Source: Mytilus edulis (lineage: Eukaryota). Taken from it: a DNA stretch of 64,000 nt. The position numbers and the translations under genes were made by a program. Shown one piece after another: positions 38,001 to 48,261 of this stretch (positions are counted from its first letter, which is position 1; each line of letters opens with the position of its first letter). The stretch is taken from the NCBI RefSeq assembly GCF_963676685.1, contig NC_092352.1, forward strand, positions 79,236,001-79,300,000, read 5' to 3'. Below the pieces are notes generated by a model. That model did no database searches and was not told the origin of the DNA. It saw nothing but the letters and a program-made list of their open reading frames with translations.

Positions 38001-40562
38001 TGTATTAATAATAAAATCATTTGCGCATAAAACATTTTTCCAGAACTCAACATTTCTTCTTAAATTGCCTTTGACATTAATAAGTGTTTTTCCCGATTCT
38101 GTCTCATAATTGTTAATAATATCAAAACTATACTCAACTTCATTAATAACTGATGACTGTGTAGAATTCACCTCATGTTGATTTTGGCAACTGTTCTTTT
38201 GGTGAGCTGACTGTTGCAGATGGGGCTCCTTTGAATGGACAGGCTCTTGCGAAGTGACCAGGTTGGTTGCAGTAATAGCACACTGCTGATTGGAAATTGC
38301 TGTTTGGTTTACCACGGTTCCCGTCATTGGCGTTGAATTGGCTAAAGCCACGAAAAAATTCTTTGGTGTTGAATTTTGTACCGTTGTTGTCTGCACGGCT
38401 ATAACCATTTGTTGATTTTTCCACCGGACGATCATATGGTTTGTAATTCCTTCTCCTTGAATTAGCTCTGGTGATCGCGGATCGTAAGTTGGCGGCATCG
38501 TCCTTATCATCAGCCAAAGGACTATCCAAATACTCATTAACAGTATCCCACCCATGCTTATCGGCAATTTTAAGAATTTTGTTGCGTTTTCTTAATGTCT
38601 CTTTCTCTTCTGAAATAAGGCGTGATGCGGCGTCCAAAGAATTAAACTTAACAAAACTGTCAATTTTGGACAATTTTTCCGAACGTTCAATATTAAAAAT
38701 GTGTTGAATGCGGTTACCTTCCTTCTTGAATTTAAAATCTGTTGCATCTACTCCAGTAGCTTTCTCCGACTTCTCGTTCGCAAAACGGCTCTCAAAATGT
38801 TGAATAATGTTGTTCTTTTGTTGTTCTAACGCATTACTCAATACGGTAGAGAAGAGTGACACAGCACCGTCTGTCGACAAATCAGTATTAACACCACTGG
38901 ATTCTGTAGGATCTCTCACATCTAGATCTGGATCGGAGTTTGACATAACGTAGTCAGGAAAAAACTGCAAAAACTGTCGTAGTTACTGTGAGCGAGCACT
39001 TTCGATAAATGACACCCGCAAATTTTCTTTATATAATATAACGGGACCCCACTTTTTAAACCGCCAAAGTATTTCACGAGCATATTTTACCCATCTATAT
39101 TTATAACCAAAACAAGAACTTGTTATACAACTACTCTCACTAACCAACCTTGAACTTATAAATAGTATCACAGGGGAAAAACCCCTAGTCTCAACGAAAA
39201 GAAATTTAATTTTTGAGGTAGGAGCTATTTCATTTTAGATTCTGATGCATTTATCAGACATTTATTGTTTTTAGAAAGTTAAGATGGCGGCGTTCTCCTT
39301 AGTTACTCTCTTACTCACAAACTTAGCATAAAAGTCCTTATTAATCCTATAATAAGTATATTTGTGCTTTTGAAAACATTCTAAACATATATTGTTGTGG
39401 ATGATAAACAAAGTGCGAGCTCAATAAACAAACAGGTAACACATTATTGAAGAAGCTGTTTGATTATTCTAAAACGCATTAGAAACATGTGCAAAATACA
39501 TTACAATTAAAATAATTTAATAAACAACTTGGAATAGACAGTAAAATTAGAAACCATACTTATAACACTACAAAATTCATCTTTTTGACTTAACTTCTTT
39601 TTGATATGTTCGTGTTGCATAGTATTATTATTCTATGTTGTGTCAGTTGTACTATTAATTATCTGTTGTTTTTATTTTCTTTATTAAGCCATGGCATTGT
39701 CAGTTTATTTCCGATCTATGCGTTTGACTGTCCCTCCGGTATATTTTACTGATGTCCTTGTCATTTTCTATTTGACAATAGGATACATATTTTGAAATGA
39801 ACATACATACAACAATGCTTGGCAAATGTAATATAAATTGAATTTTTCAGCCATCCGATATTCCAAAGAACTTATTGTACAATCCCACTGGTCCACCATT
39901 GTGAGGCATAATTCATGCATACCTTTTCAGAACCGATCATGACGTTCCGATAGACTGTGGATTATCATGGTGTGTAATGCAACCATATATATATGGAGAG
40001 GTTTATACTTTCCATGGACCCAAATTCTTTCCTTTTTGAAACTATCCGATTCCTCTGTGTCGTTTCTTACCTTCAAGTTTATCTTTTTTTTTTTTAGATT
40101 TATCATTTTTATGTATTTTTCGTGTGAGATTATTTTAGTTTGTTTTTGTAGTGATTTTCAAATAATAATAAACTGAATAGTTTTCATTGTTTTTTAAACA
40201 GAAAAAATCAAAACCACAAACCTATGAATACAACTGTTGATCAGAGACAGCCTCATTCTTACTCGGAGCCTATCAAGAATACCATTCAAGAGGACAGTCG
40301 GAAATTAGTCAATGTTACAGAAGAAGGAATCTATAATCATTTGGGAGACTCAGAAAAAATGATTGAGATGAAACCACAAGATTCGTCAATATATGATGTA
40401 ACAGGAGATGATGAATACCACGTGTTTACTGGGAGTGGAAAACAGACCATAAAACACGATGATGACATGTACGATCATGGTGCCGCAAGTGAGGTTTACA
40501 ACACATTGAATGACACTGTGACGACAAATAGACCTGAATCAGACACATACAATGTAAAATGA
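23011..40562 (+). CDS. Type-I transmembrane C-type-lectin-like/WSC-domain receptor with tyrosine-rich cytoplasmic tail (paralogue 1; 10 exons, 510 aa)
   Basis: Exons 23011-23071, 24358-24579, 25100-25227, 25586-25763, 27497-27634, 28711-28890, 29951-30052, 31618-31701, 33414-33492, 40202-40562. All introns are GT-AG and the phases (1,1,0,1,1,1,1,1,2) give a 1533-nt open frame. It encodes a signal peptide, an 8-Cys WSC domain, CTLD motifs, TM PIVAGSVGGILGIVIILVILIVI followed by KRRK, and a tail with YSEP/YNHL/YDVT/YHVF/YDHG/YNTL/YNV. Confidence 0.85.
24358..24579 (+). CDS. Receptor 1 exon 2: N-terminal half of a C-type-lectin-like domain
   Basis: WKDAFPFC ... YWIYG. Same length (222 nt) as, and homologous to, 53159-53380. 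Confidence 0.85.
25100..25763 (+). CDS. Receptor 1 exons 3-4 (25100-25227, 25586-25763): WSC domain
   Basis: GCV..ECSRAC..YMFLK|GSECLC..CNISCIGN..DICGG..SVY, with eight cysteines in WSC spacing. Confidence 0.85.
26006..26166. repeat. Long near-perfect hairpin at the end of an intronic insertion (probably to ~27308) in (TAT)n-rich DNA
   Basis: GAAATAATTGATGCCAGCTATACTTTATT..ACATGGGTAGGCATTATATTCGTG / CACGAATATAATGCCTACCCATGT..AATAAAGTATAGCTGGCATCAATTATTTC. Confidence 0.9.
27497..27634 (+). CDS. Receptor 1 exon 5: C-terminal half of the first C-type-lectin-like domain
   Basis: TCSAIQF ... TKCSSTLNYICE; phase 1-1. Confidence 0.8.
28711..30052 (+). CDS. Receptor 1 exons 6-7 (28711-28890, 29951-30052): second C-type-lectin-like domain
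   Basis: SWYTAQQNCKEKGMQLTS..FWVGN | ..LCLKI..EKCRSRLGSLC; no EPN/QPD or WND motif. Confidence 0.8.
28963..29117. repeat. Long hairpin/foldback (intronic)
   Basis: ATAATAGTTATTGAAAAACTGGTCGTTATCGTGATATATGGAC / GTCCATATATCACGATAATGACCAGTTTTCAATAACTATTAT. Confidence 0.9.
31101..31144 (+). ncRNA. Minimal type-I hammerhead ribozyme motif, second subfamily
   Basis: GCATCA-CTGAAGA-GACA(TGTAT)TGTC-GAAA-T(GAGC)A-TC^TGGTGC. All three stems covary relative to the 12269 copy. Confidence 0.8.
31884..32459. mobile_element. Non-autonomous TIR DNA transposon (Kolobok-like MITE)
   Basis: AAAGGAGTAGGT ... ACCTACTCCTTT termini. Confidence 0.65.
33414..33492 (+). CDS. Receptor 1 exon 9: transmembrane helix
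   Basis: tttag|..PIVAGSVGGILGIVIILVILIVIKR|gtatac. Its reading frame differs from the overlapping ORF-track entry. Confidence 0.85.
34878..35876 (-). CDS. Tyrosine recombinase (phage-integrase family) of the PAT-like element
   Basis: GFLRYSEL, SKTD, HSLRSGGA, HGRW and DGY catalytic motifs. The frame is open from a splice-acceptor-like site at 35877 and has no N-terminal ATG. Confidence 0.92.
   Translation of the reverse strand, partial: SQWKQFEDYANNPRLASVIEVLPSIIESSKAKSTNNKYRIYFEKFRKWCVLFGLQYSPATSTTISLYIGGLIQQGISVSVLEANYYSIKWHHDKNFKDNPCSDEFLSLIVEGGKRILSKPINKKEPVTPEILQMIISKYGIENDLSSLRICVLCLLGFSGFLRYSELAAIKAKHITFFVSYMSILLEKSKTDIYRRGSTVIISKTGGNLCPVKWLLRYMQLANIELDSDQYIFRALCFLKTRGIHKLCSKNSPLSYTRAREILLVALESIGLDKSKFGLHSLRSGGASTAANFGISERLLKAHGRWSSDRSKDGYIKDNIQSQMAVSLNLGI
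35948..36187. repeat. Three ~73-bp tandem repeats between pol and YR
   Basis: Units start at ~35948, 36043 and 36116. Each has a GTCGCT-CCC-AGCGAC hairpin (one mismatch in unit 1) and CCAATCA. Confidence 0.9.
36235..38567 (-). pseudogene. RT - RNase H - methyltransferase-like pol of the PAT-like element, frameshifted near 36670
   Basis: RT: LVLDLRHVN, FDFRSGYHHI, LPFGL, YLDD. RNase H: YSDA, WRELKAV, YTDN, WIPR. A second frame then reads WGPFTCDTFA..GVDAFAYDWS..NWVVPP..LVVPKWKSAIFWP (MT-like domain). Confidence 0.9.
38173..38946 (-). CDS. Gag-like protein of the PAT-like element
   Basis: ATG at 38946 (MSNSDPDL); RNKILKIADKHGW; CCHC knuckle CYYCNQPGHFARAC; overlaps the pol frame. Confidence 0.88.
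   Translation of the reverse strand: MSNSDPDLDVRDPTESSGVNTDLSTDGAVSLFSTVLSNALEQQKNNIIQHFESRFANEKSEKATGVDATDFKFKKEGNRIQHIFNIERSEKLSKIDSFVKFNSLDAASRLISEEKETLRKRNKILKIADKHGWDTVNEYLDSPLADDKDDAANLRSAITRANSRRRNYKPYDRPVEKSTNGYSRADNNGTKFNTKEFFRGFSQFNANDGNRGKPNSNFQSAVCYYCNQPGHFARACPFKGAPSATVSSPKEQLPKST
40202..40562 (+). CDS. Receptor 1 exon 10: acidic tyrosine-motif cytoplasmic tail
   Basis: Acceptor ..ttttaaacAG; phase 2 matches the TM exon; seven Tyr in acidic contexts. Confidence 0.85.
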
Positions 40563-43073
40563 ACTGAGCTGAGACGGCATCTTCAATTTTTAATTGTTTG
40601 ATTGTTATGATATATAGGGTACAGAGATGATTATTCAATTGTACAGACATATGATATATCAATTTGCTTTTTTAAACCTTCATTTGTATAAAATTTTAAA
40701 AAGGGTTAAATTATTTCATTATGGTTTAACTGTATGTAAATATTTGTAAATAATTGCCTGGTGGGGTCAGATAAGAACTTTTCAATTCCATGTTTTTTAT
40801 GATGATTTTTGACATTGTCGTTTTATGTTGTACTGTTACAACACTTTCCCAGGAAAGGGAAAGGCTTTGAGATCTCCCTATCAGTTTTAAACCCGCCACA
40901 TTATGTATATATGTACCTGTTCAAATTAAGGAGCTTGTAGTTCAGTGGTTGTCGATGTTTATTTTTCGTTAATTTTTTGTACATCCATAAGGCTGATAGT
41001 TTTCTCGTTTGAATTGTTTTACATTCGTCATTTCAGGGCTTTTTATAGCTGACTATGTCATATTTGCCGCGCTCATTGTAGAAGGCCGTACGGTAACCTA
41101 AAATTGTTAGTACATGTATCTGTATTATTTGGTCGCTTGTGAAAAGTTGTGATTGGTAATAACCACAACTTCATTTGTCTTATATTGAAGGAATAGTGTG
41201 TATCATGAGAATGCTTATATCTTTAGTTAACAAAACTTCTGAAGGTATTACTTTGAAAATAAGGTTACATTCTAAGTAAAGTAGATTAGAAGTTTTTTAC
41301 TACTATTTAAGAGCGTCTAAATTATTGGAATGTAACTTAATGTTCCCTTACTAAATGTACTACAAGTTATATATATATGTACATCCCATTGTGCATATAA
41401 CTTACAATGTAACTAGATCCATATTTCAGTCTTTCTAACAAAAACTTTGATATAAGCTGAAGAACATAATGTGTCCTTCAACAATGAGCAAACCCATACC
41501 GTATAGCAAGCTTCAAATGCCAGATATGAAAACCAAAGATTTGATTTACGCTCACAGAATACACTTAAAACAAACCCGACAGACAGCAAGCAAACAAACA
41601 AGTATTTCTACAAAAAGGAAATTTATGTAACATCAGAGTATAGAAACAAATCTAAAAGTCACCTGGACAAGTCTAAACAACTCCGATCCTCACGAACTAC
41701 AAGCATAAATAACATAAGGACAATAGTCCCAAAATACCGATTTAACACATCCATTGAAGATTAGCTGAAAATGTAGTGTTTTTGTCAATATATTTTGTGT
41801 TTTATGTAAATCTGATGGTCAAACCATTTTCAATGTGTAGTTCCTATAATGCCCGGTTTTCATTGTCTTGAGTGAGAATATAGTTCAGTCTTCAACATGT
41901 TGGCTGTTCCTATCTCAAGTCAACAGCCTGTAATGTAATGGTTTTCATTGGTATCTGTCTAGCATATTTGTGTAACGTTGTTTACATACGTCAGACAATT
42001 AGTTTTCTAGTATGAACTACATGTATATAAAAAATAAACATGTATGACCCTTGCACAGCTTAACGTATTGTTAGGGTTTTGCACATTGTTGTTATCGTGC
42101 ATATTGTTGTCACTTGATCTCTTGATGCTTGTTGTCTCTTACCAAATTTCTTAATATCATTTTCAAACTGCTGTAAATTGAAGCATTTCTCTGTTTTATA
42201 CATTCTTTACGGAAGTACATCAAATTAAATGTGCTTAATCCATTCTAGTTCAGTATTTAAAACTTAATTATGATCGATACGTTATACGTGTTACAAATAT
42301 TTTAACCATGACATGACGAACCCATATTAAAAAAAATCTGTGAAGAAAATTAAGTCCTTTTCGAGGAAACGGTACCAAAATTTAAAAGCAAACATTTCCT
42401 CACTCTATACTTTATAAAAAAAATGTGTGCAATATGAACTTTTAGAATTGTATACAGCGTGTTAAAATGTTTTGTTGCTTATAAAAATTTGTTTTCTGTT
42501 TAAATATTTTTGAATCTTTAGCGCATATTATTCATTTGATATTTCAATAGAATTACAGAATATTAGAAAACAGCTAACTTGTATTTCGCTTTTATTCTGG
42601 TCCCTTTTGTTGATACTTTTCGAAAATCTTCTTTTCTCGGAAAAAAATCATTAAATATTGATATTTATCGTACCTCCTATAGATTTATAGGGGTATGATT
42701 GGTTAAATGACTACACGTGGTGACTTTGATATTTTTTTTAAGGGTGTCCTAAAAAAATGTAGGGTTAGTTACCATACATGGGTAGTTACCAAGTGGGTTT
42801 ATTAAGAAGTAATTTCCCTTTCAAATCAAAAAAGATGCTACAACCCTTCATAAAAACAACACGGTGTTGAGGAAAAATCTGAGAGGATTCAACAGACGGA
42901 GAAACTGATTATAAAAGGTAGAAATAAGTTCATAAAACATAATTAAAGTAACAAGTTGTAATTGTTGGCATAACGGAGTTACTTCCCTTTCAAAACAAAA
43001 AAGAAATCTGAAAGAATTCAACAGAAGAAGAAATTGATACATGTAATGAACGACTGAAATAAATTCATAAAAC

Positions 43074-44181
43074 AAAGGACAAGGTACGATAAGCTATTAC
43101 ATCTGGCCCCCCCATTTTCGTTGAAATTAGAATGCAAAATATCCAAGAAACATGGCTATTTCTAAAGAGAATAATGTCTCATCTAACAAAAAATCAATAT
43201 AACTTTTCTTTTTCCGAGTGAAAAAAATATTAAATACCTCTCTCTTTCTCATGAAAAACGTAAATTTTATGAAAATCTGAAGTTTTTCCGTCCGTTTGAG
43301 CAATTTTAAACTATGAGCGGACGCGAGTACCACGAAGATATTTCAATGTTTTGTTTGTTGTAAGGAAACAATTCACTGTTTTAAATATATTCGTGGTACT
43401 CGCGTCCGCTCATGTTCAAAATTCAATAATTCTACACTGAAAATTCCTTGTTTTTACGGAAACGTCGATAATATGTGATCCTAGGACCGGAACGAACTTG
43501 CATTTCCGAATCTGCTCGAGTATCTTATTTTAATTCAGGCGATCTTGATTGAGTTACAACACTTCGATGCCGGGATGGAAAAAAAAGCTTTTTCGTTCTT
43601 TATCATGTTTACGGTTTTTTTTTAAAGTTGGGCAAAGAAAAGGAACATGTGATTTTGCATCATTTTTTAAAAATGTCAGTGGCAGTGTTGTCAAAGAACA
43701 ACCAGCAAACTGTACATTCAACAACACTAAATGAATAAAGACCCTACCAAATTATAACCCTTTTTATCCGTGTACATAGTACGTAAATGGCAACTGGAAA
43801 TTTAAATCGATTTCACCTGGAAACAAAATTAGAACCAAGATTACCTCCCCTGTCAATGGATAATACAGGAAATTATTTGAATTATTTGTTTAAAAATAAT
43901 TTTAAAGAAACAAAAATCTTAACTCATTAAATTTATTATAAATATTTTAAATATATAACATGTATTAAAAAGAAATACTGCAAGGTTTAGATATAATTTT
44001 GAAACTTTAATTAAGTGTATGCAAATATTGTAAACCTTTCAAAAAATACAAAACCAAATAATCACATAAACACGAAATGTTCAACATTTTTTTTAAGTCA
44101 CTATGCATAGACTAGTGATGGATTGAATATGAAGTCATTTGAAGAGGGGGCCAAAATGCCCCTTATCATACCTTGTCCTTT
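43074..44181. mobile_element. Non-autonomous TIR DNA transposon
   Basis: AAAGGACAAGGTACGATAAG ... CTTATCATACCTTGTCCTTT, plus an internal inverted repeat at 43314-43334/43392-43413. Confidence 0.7.
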
Positions 44182-44332
44182 AAAGCTTAAATGTTGTTAT
44201 TGTTGATTTGTTTTCTGTATAGACAAATGGAAGTAGGATCTTAATACCAAGTATTGAAAACTTGATCACTTTGATAGGCTGCTAGTCAAAATACCACATG
44301 TGAAGATAGTATGAGAGACAAATTCGTTACAC

Positions 44333-44458
44333 GGTGTGTTAGTGACCTAATACGATATATATGGGGTCAGTAAATTCCATATGGGGATTCAAGCTTTGCG
44401 ATCAACCCATAAGGAATTTACTGACCCCATACATATCATATTAGGTCACTAACACACC
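44333..44458. repeat. Long hairpin/foldback
   Basis: GGTGTGTTAGTGACCTAATA..ATGGGGTCAGTAAATTCC / GGAATTTACTGACCCCAT..TATTAGGTCACTAACACACC. Confidence 0.9.
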
Positions 44459-46147
44459 ATTTTACTAATAATATATAACGCGCAGTCATATTAGTGCCTA
44501 GTTCAATATAATAAAAGCATATATTTCTCCTTCATAAAATGATTAAGCCGACAAACACGTAGTTGTAAATGATTTGGATAAAGTGAAAGACAAAATATCA
44601 ATCGGTTATTTCGTAAATTCCGATTCACCGTGACATCATTTTGACGCGATAACTGCAAATGATTTAGAACTTTTACTAATACCAATTGCAAACATGCTTC
44701 TGAAACTTCTGCTTAGGTAAATCACCTATACTAAATTGACCGTATGAATATAAAGAAGAAAACACGAAAAAAGAGAACTCCAAGGAAAACTCAAAACGGA
44801 AAATCCCTAATCAAATGGCAAAATCAAAAGCTCAATCACAATAAATGGATGGAAAATAACTGCAATATTCCTAACATGGTACGGGCACTTTCTAATAAAG
44901 AAAATGTGAGAGTTAATCTGGTTTTATAGCTAGCCAAACCTCTCACTTGTATGAAAATCGTATGAAATTCCTATATATTGACAACAACGTGTGATCAAAA
45001 CAAACCTTGTGTTATAATCTTAATCCGTATAAAATAAACAATCATGCCATCAAAGAGAAACATAGAAGCAAACACATCAGCAAAAAATGAGGGTCAAAAA
45101 TACAAAAAAAATTCCTTACAAACTATTTTTAGCTTTTTTTTCCAATGTTTTTGTATAATTTTAGAAAGGTGTACAATCGGGTCATACTGAAGACCAATGT
45201 ATTTATTAACTTGTGTTAATAGAAACTTAAACGGTTTGTTTTACGAACATGTATATAGTCTATTATTTGTTAGACAATGCTTCGAACTATTAATTTCTAT
45301 CTGGATCTGTAATTGGTCATTCAACTGTACAACTATTCAGAGAACTATATCACAATATTTTATTTGCTTACCTGAACTGATTTTGTTATATTTCTAAAGC
45401 TTTTAATCGTGTTTGGCAAAAGGGACACGTCAAACAATTGAATGTATATTTAAGATAAGTCGAATGGTATTAAAGCAAAAGTTTCAGAAAATATGAAAGC
45501 TGGTGATTTTTAAAAATCAATGAAATTTATTATTAATGATACTTGTAGTCACCAGATTCTTTGCAGATAAAACAAATCCAAAATTACAACAACCAACAAA
45601 AGAAGCTCCGAAATAGTATAAACTGCCAAATTGGGCAAATAAGCAGCGAATGCATAGAACTTCCGTCGCATTTAATAAAAAAAAATCATGCAAAAGCCAA
45701 ACTCTAACTTTTGTTTTATGTAAATTTAAAAAAGAGGGACGTCCATAAAAACTGCCAAACTCAAACACTATCAATTAACGGAACAAGTTCAAAACAATCG
45801 CAATATTCCTGACTAGGTATAGGCATAACCAAGACTTTCAGTGTATCCATTAAAAGTCTTGGTGTGACATTTTGTGTGACTTTCAGCAAACCTTTAGTAT
45901 CGAATTTCCGTATTAAAAATATTGTTAACATCAGATTCAGTCAACCACAAATATCTGAATATTACGTAACCTCAATTTTACCTCCGAAGACAGAACCTGA
46001 AATACGTCAAGTTAAAAGTATGAATTATTCGATATACTGAAGATTTTGTAATCCCAGGCATAGATTACCTTAGCCCTATTTTGCACTTTTTTATAATTTT
46101 GATCTTCAACTTTCTGCACGTTTGGCTTTCTAACTATTTTGATCTAA

Positions 46148-46191
46148 GCGTCGATGATGAGTCTTATGTAGACGAAACGCGCGTCTGGGGT
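46148..46191 (+). ncRNA. Hammerhead motif with mutated core, within a ~175-bp dispersed repeat (46050-46225)
   Basis: GCGTCG-ATGATGA-GTCTTATGTAGAC-GAAA-CGCGCG-TC-TGGGGT; C3 is changed to A. Confidence 0.6.
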
Positions 46192-48261
46192 ACTAAATTA
46201 TAAGCTTAGTACATTCGATAACAGTTAAATAAACATTCTCTCTTTTTATGACACCATTACCCGGTTGTTCATCTCTTAGTTTATTTTTAAACAAATGTTG
46301 AATAGCATAACCCTTGGTTAGAATTTGACTCTATGTTTCTCGCTGTTTGTGATGTGGTTGAATTTAACCTTTTTTGTTTAATCTGAGTATCAATGGTCCA
46401 GATTTTAATTCCTGCGTTGGACCTCGGTTGAAATTTTTTTAAATGTGTAGTTTAAAAGTACGATTTCCTGTTATAACTAGATCGAAATGGTCAAAAATGT
46501 TTGATTCAAAGTAGTTTTCGTTTTCAACAACCATTAGTAGAGAAACACTGATTTTTAAGATTAAAGTATCTACAAAACAGACATTTTTAAATCAAAATCG
46601 TTTTTACCCTGTCATCTCCGTTGTCAATAAATCAATGCATGTAGCTCTATAAAACCAGGTTCAATCCATCAATTTCTACATTTGAAAATGTCTGTACATA
46701 GTCGGGAATTTGACAGTTGTTGTCCATTTGTTTGATGTGTTTTATCATTTGGTTTTGTCATTGATTCTTGACTTTCCGTTTTGAATTTTACTCAGAGTTT
46801 AAGATTTTTTTGTGATTTTTAACGATTCTACGAGCAACATCCCTTGTTTAAACAAAAGATGTTCTCTGTCACGTTCACGTTGTTGGTGTACTATTTAATG
46901 AACTCATACGTGGAAAATCTTATTGCTTTAGTAAGATTCCTATTTTTAACAAATAATTTGTCTAGGTCCGGAAAAAATTCTGATAAAAATGAAAATGCAT
47001 ATACTGGAAGTTTAACAACAAGTTTCGTAACCAATTTGTCAAAAGAAGTTTAACAACATAATTTGATCCCTTGGTTATATAATCCTCATTTAAAAGATTC
47101 AACCAAGGGTTATGTCTTTTCTGAAGATGAACATCCGGGTCGAGAAATCAGCGTAAAACAAGAAAGTTTGTAAAAAATACATACTAAAATAAATATATTT
47201 CGTTTAATTCATCCAGTAATATTAGATAAATAAAATTATATATAGCAAAATCTAATTTAATTAGGAAATATTATTTAATAAAAAAAAATCAACAATGATG
47301 AAAACGGTGACCATTTCACACATGCTAGTTTTCTGCTACTCCTATAAAAAACAAGTATTACCTCTTTTACATTTCATGAAATATCATAAGTTAAAAAAGC
47401 ACACATGCAGGTCAAGTATATGTAATATTTAGGGAGTGGGCGTGTTTTGTATCAAAACACTGTTAGTTGTGATGTAACGTTACTTTATAAAATTGTAAAA
47501 CAATACACTGTAAGCAGTAGAATAAAGTTTCTTATTAAAAAAACGGTGTTGTCCTCAAAGTAACATGCATTTTTGAGTGACATAATTAGATGAGCTTTTT
47601 AAGCTCCATTTATGGGCATTACATGTATGTTTTCTGATCTGTGCGACCGTTCGTCTGTGTGTTCGTCTGTCTGTCCAGCTCAAGGTGGAAGTTTTTGGTC
47701 GAGGAAGTTTCTGATGAAGTTGAAATAAATCAACATCAAACTTAGTACACATATTCCCTGTAATATGATCTTTCTAATTTCAATGCCAAATTAGAGTTTG
47801 TAACCCATTTTCACGGTCCACTGAACATCAAAAAATTATAGTGCGGATAGGGAATCCGTGTACTATGGACACAATATTGGTTTGATGTAAAATTGTGATA
47901 TCAAGTTGAACAATTGCGTATAAATTCTCCTAATGATATAGTCGGTAATATAAATTCGTTTAACAATGTTTTAGTGACATAAGTAGTTCCTTACTATAAA
48001 AAAAAACATATTTAATTTATAAGTACTTGGAAGTATTATTATTTGATAAAACACTCAGTTTCATTAAGGAAGCTCAAAATGGACCGGAATATGCATCTCA
48101 CAGCTTTACACTGAACATTTCACATCCTCTATAATTTCATGTTAAACCGGAGAAACTATTTTCCCTCGGTTTAGTTTGTAACACTGATTTGTTTTCTCTC
48201 AATTGATTTATGACTTTTGAAAAGTGGTGTGCTCATCAGTGGATGTGGACCTGAACAATAA

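Larger units (their letters stand above)
34232..39211 (-). mobile_element. DIRS-order tyrosine-recombinase retrotransposon, PAT-like (split direct repeats A1-gag-RT/RNaseH/MT-YR-B1-A2-B2)
   Basis: A1 38962-39211 equals A2 34487-34736 (250 bp, one mismatch seen). B1 34735-34848 equals B2 34232-34345 (114 bp, identical). Gag, RT, RNase H, methyltransferase-like and YR domains are present; there is no classical TSD. Confidence 0.93.

Noticed and set aside
34878-38970. Prophage integrase or retron/DGR-like RT + integrase + methylase system
   Set aside because: The gag CCHC knuckle, LTR-type RT/RNase H and split direct repeats identify a known DIRS-order retrotransposon.
40300-40520. Canonical ITAM or ITIM
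   Set aside because: YxxL spacing far exceeds 6-12 aa and the -2 residues do not fit ITIM, so they are reported only as hemITAM-like.
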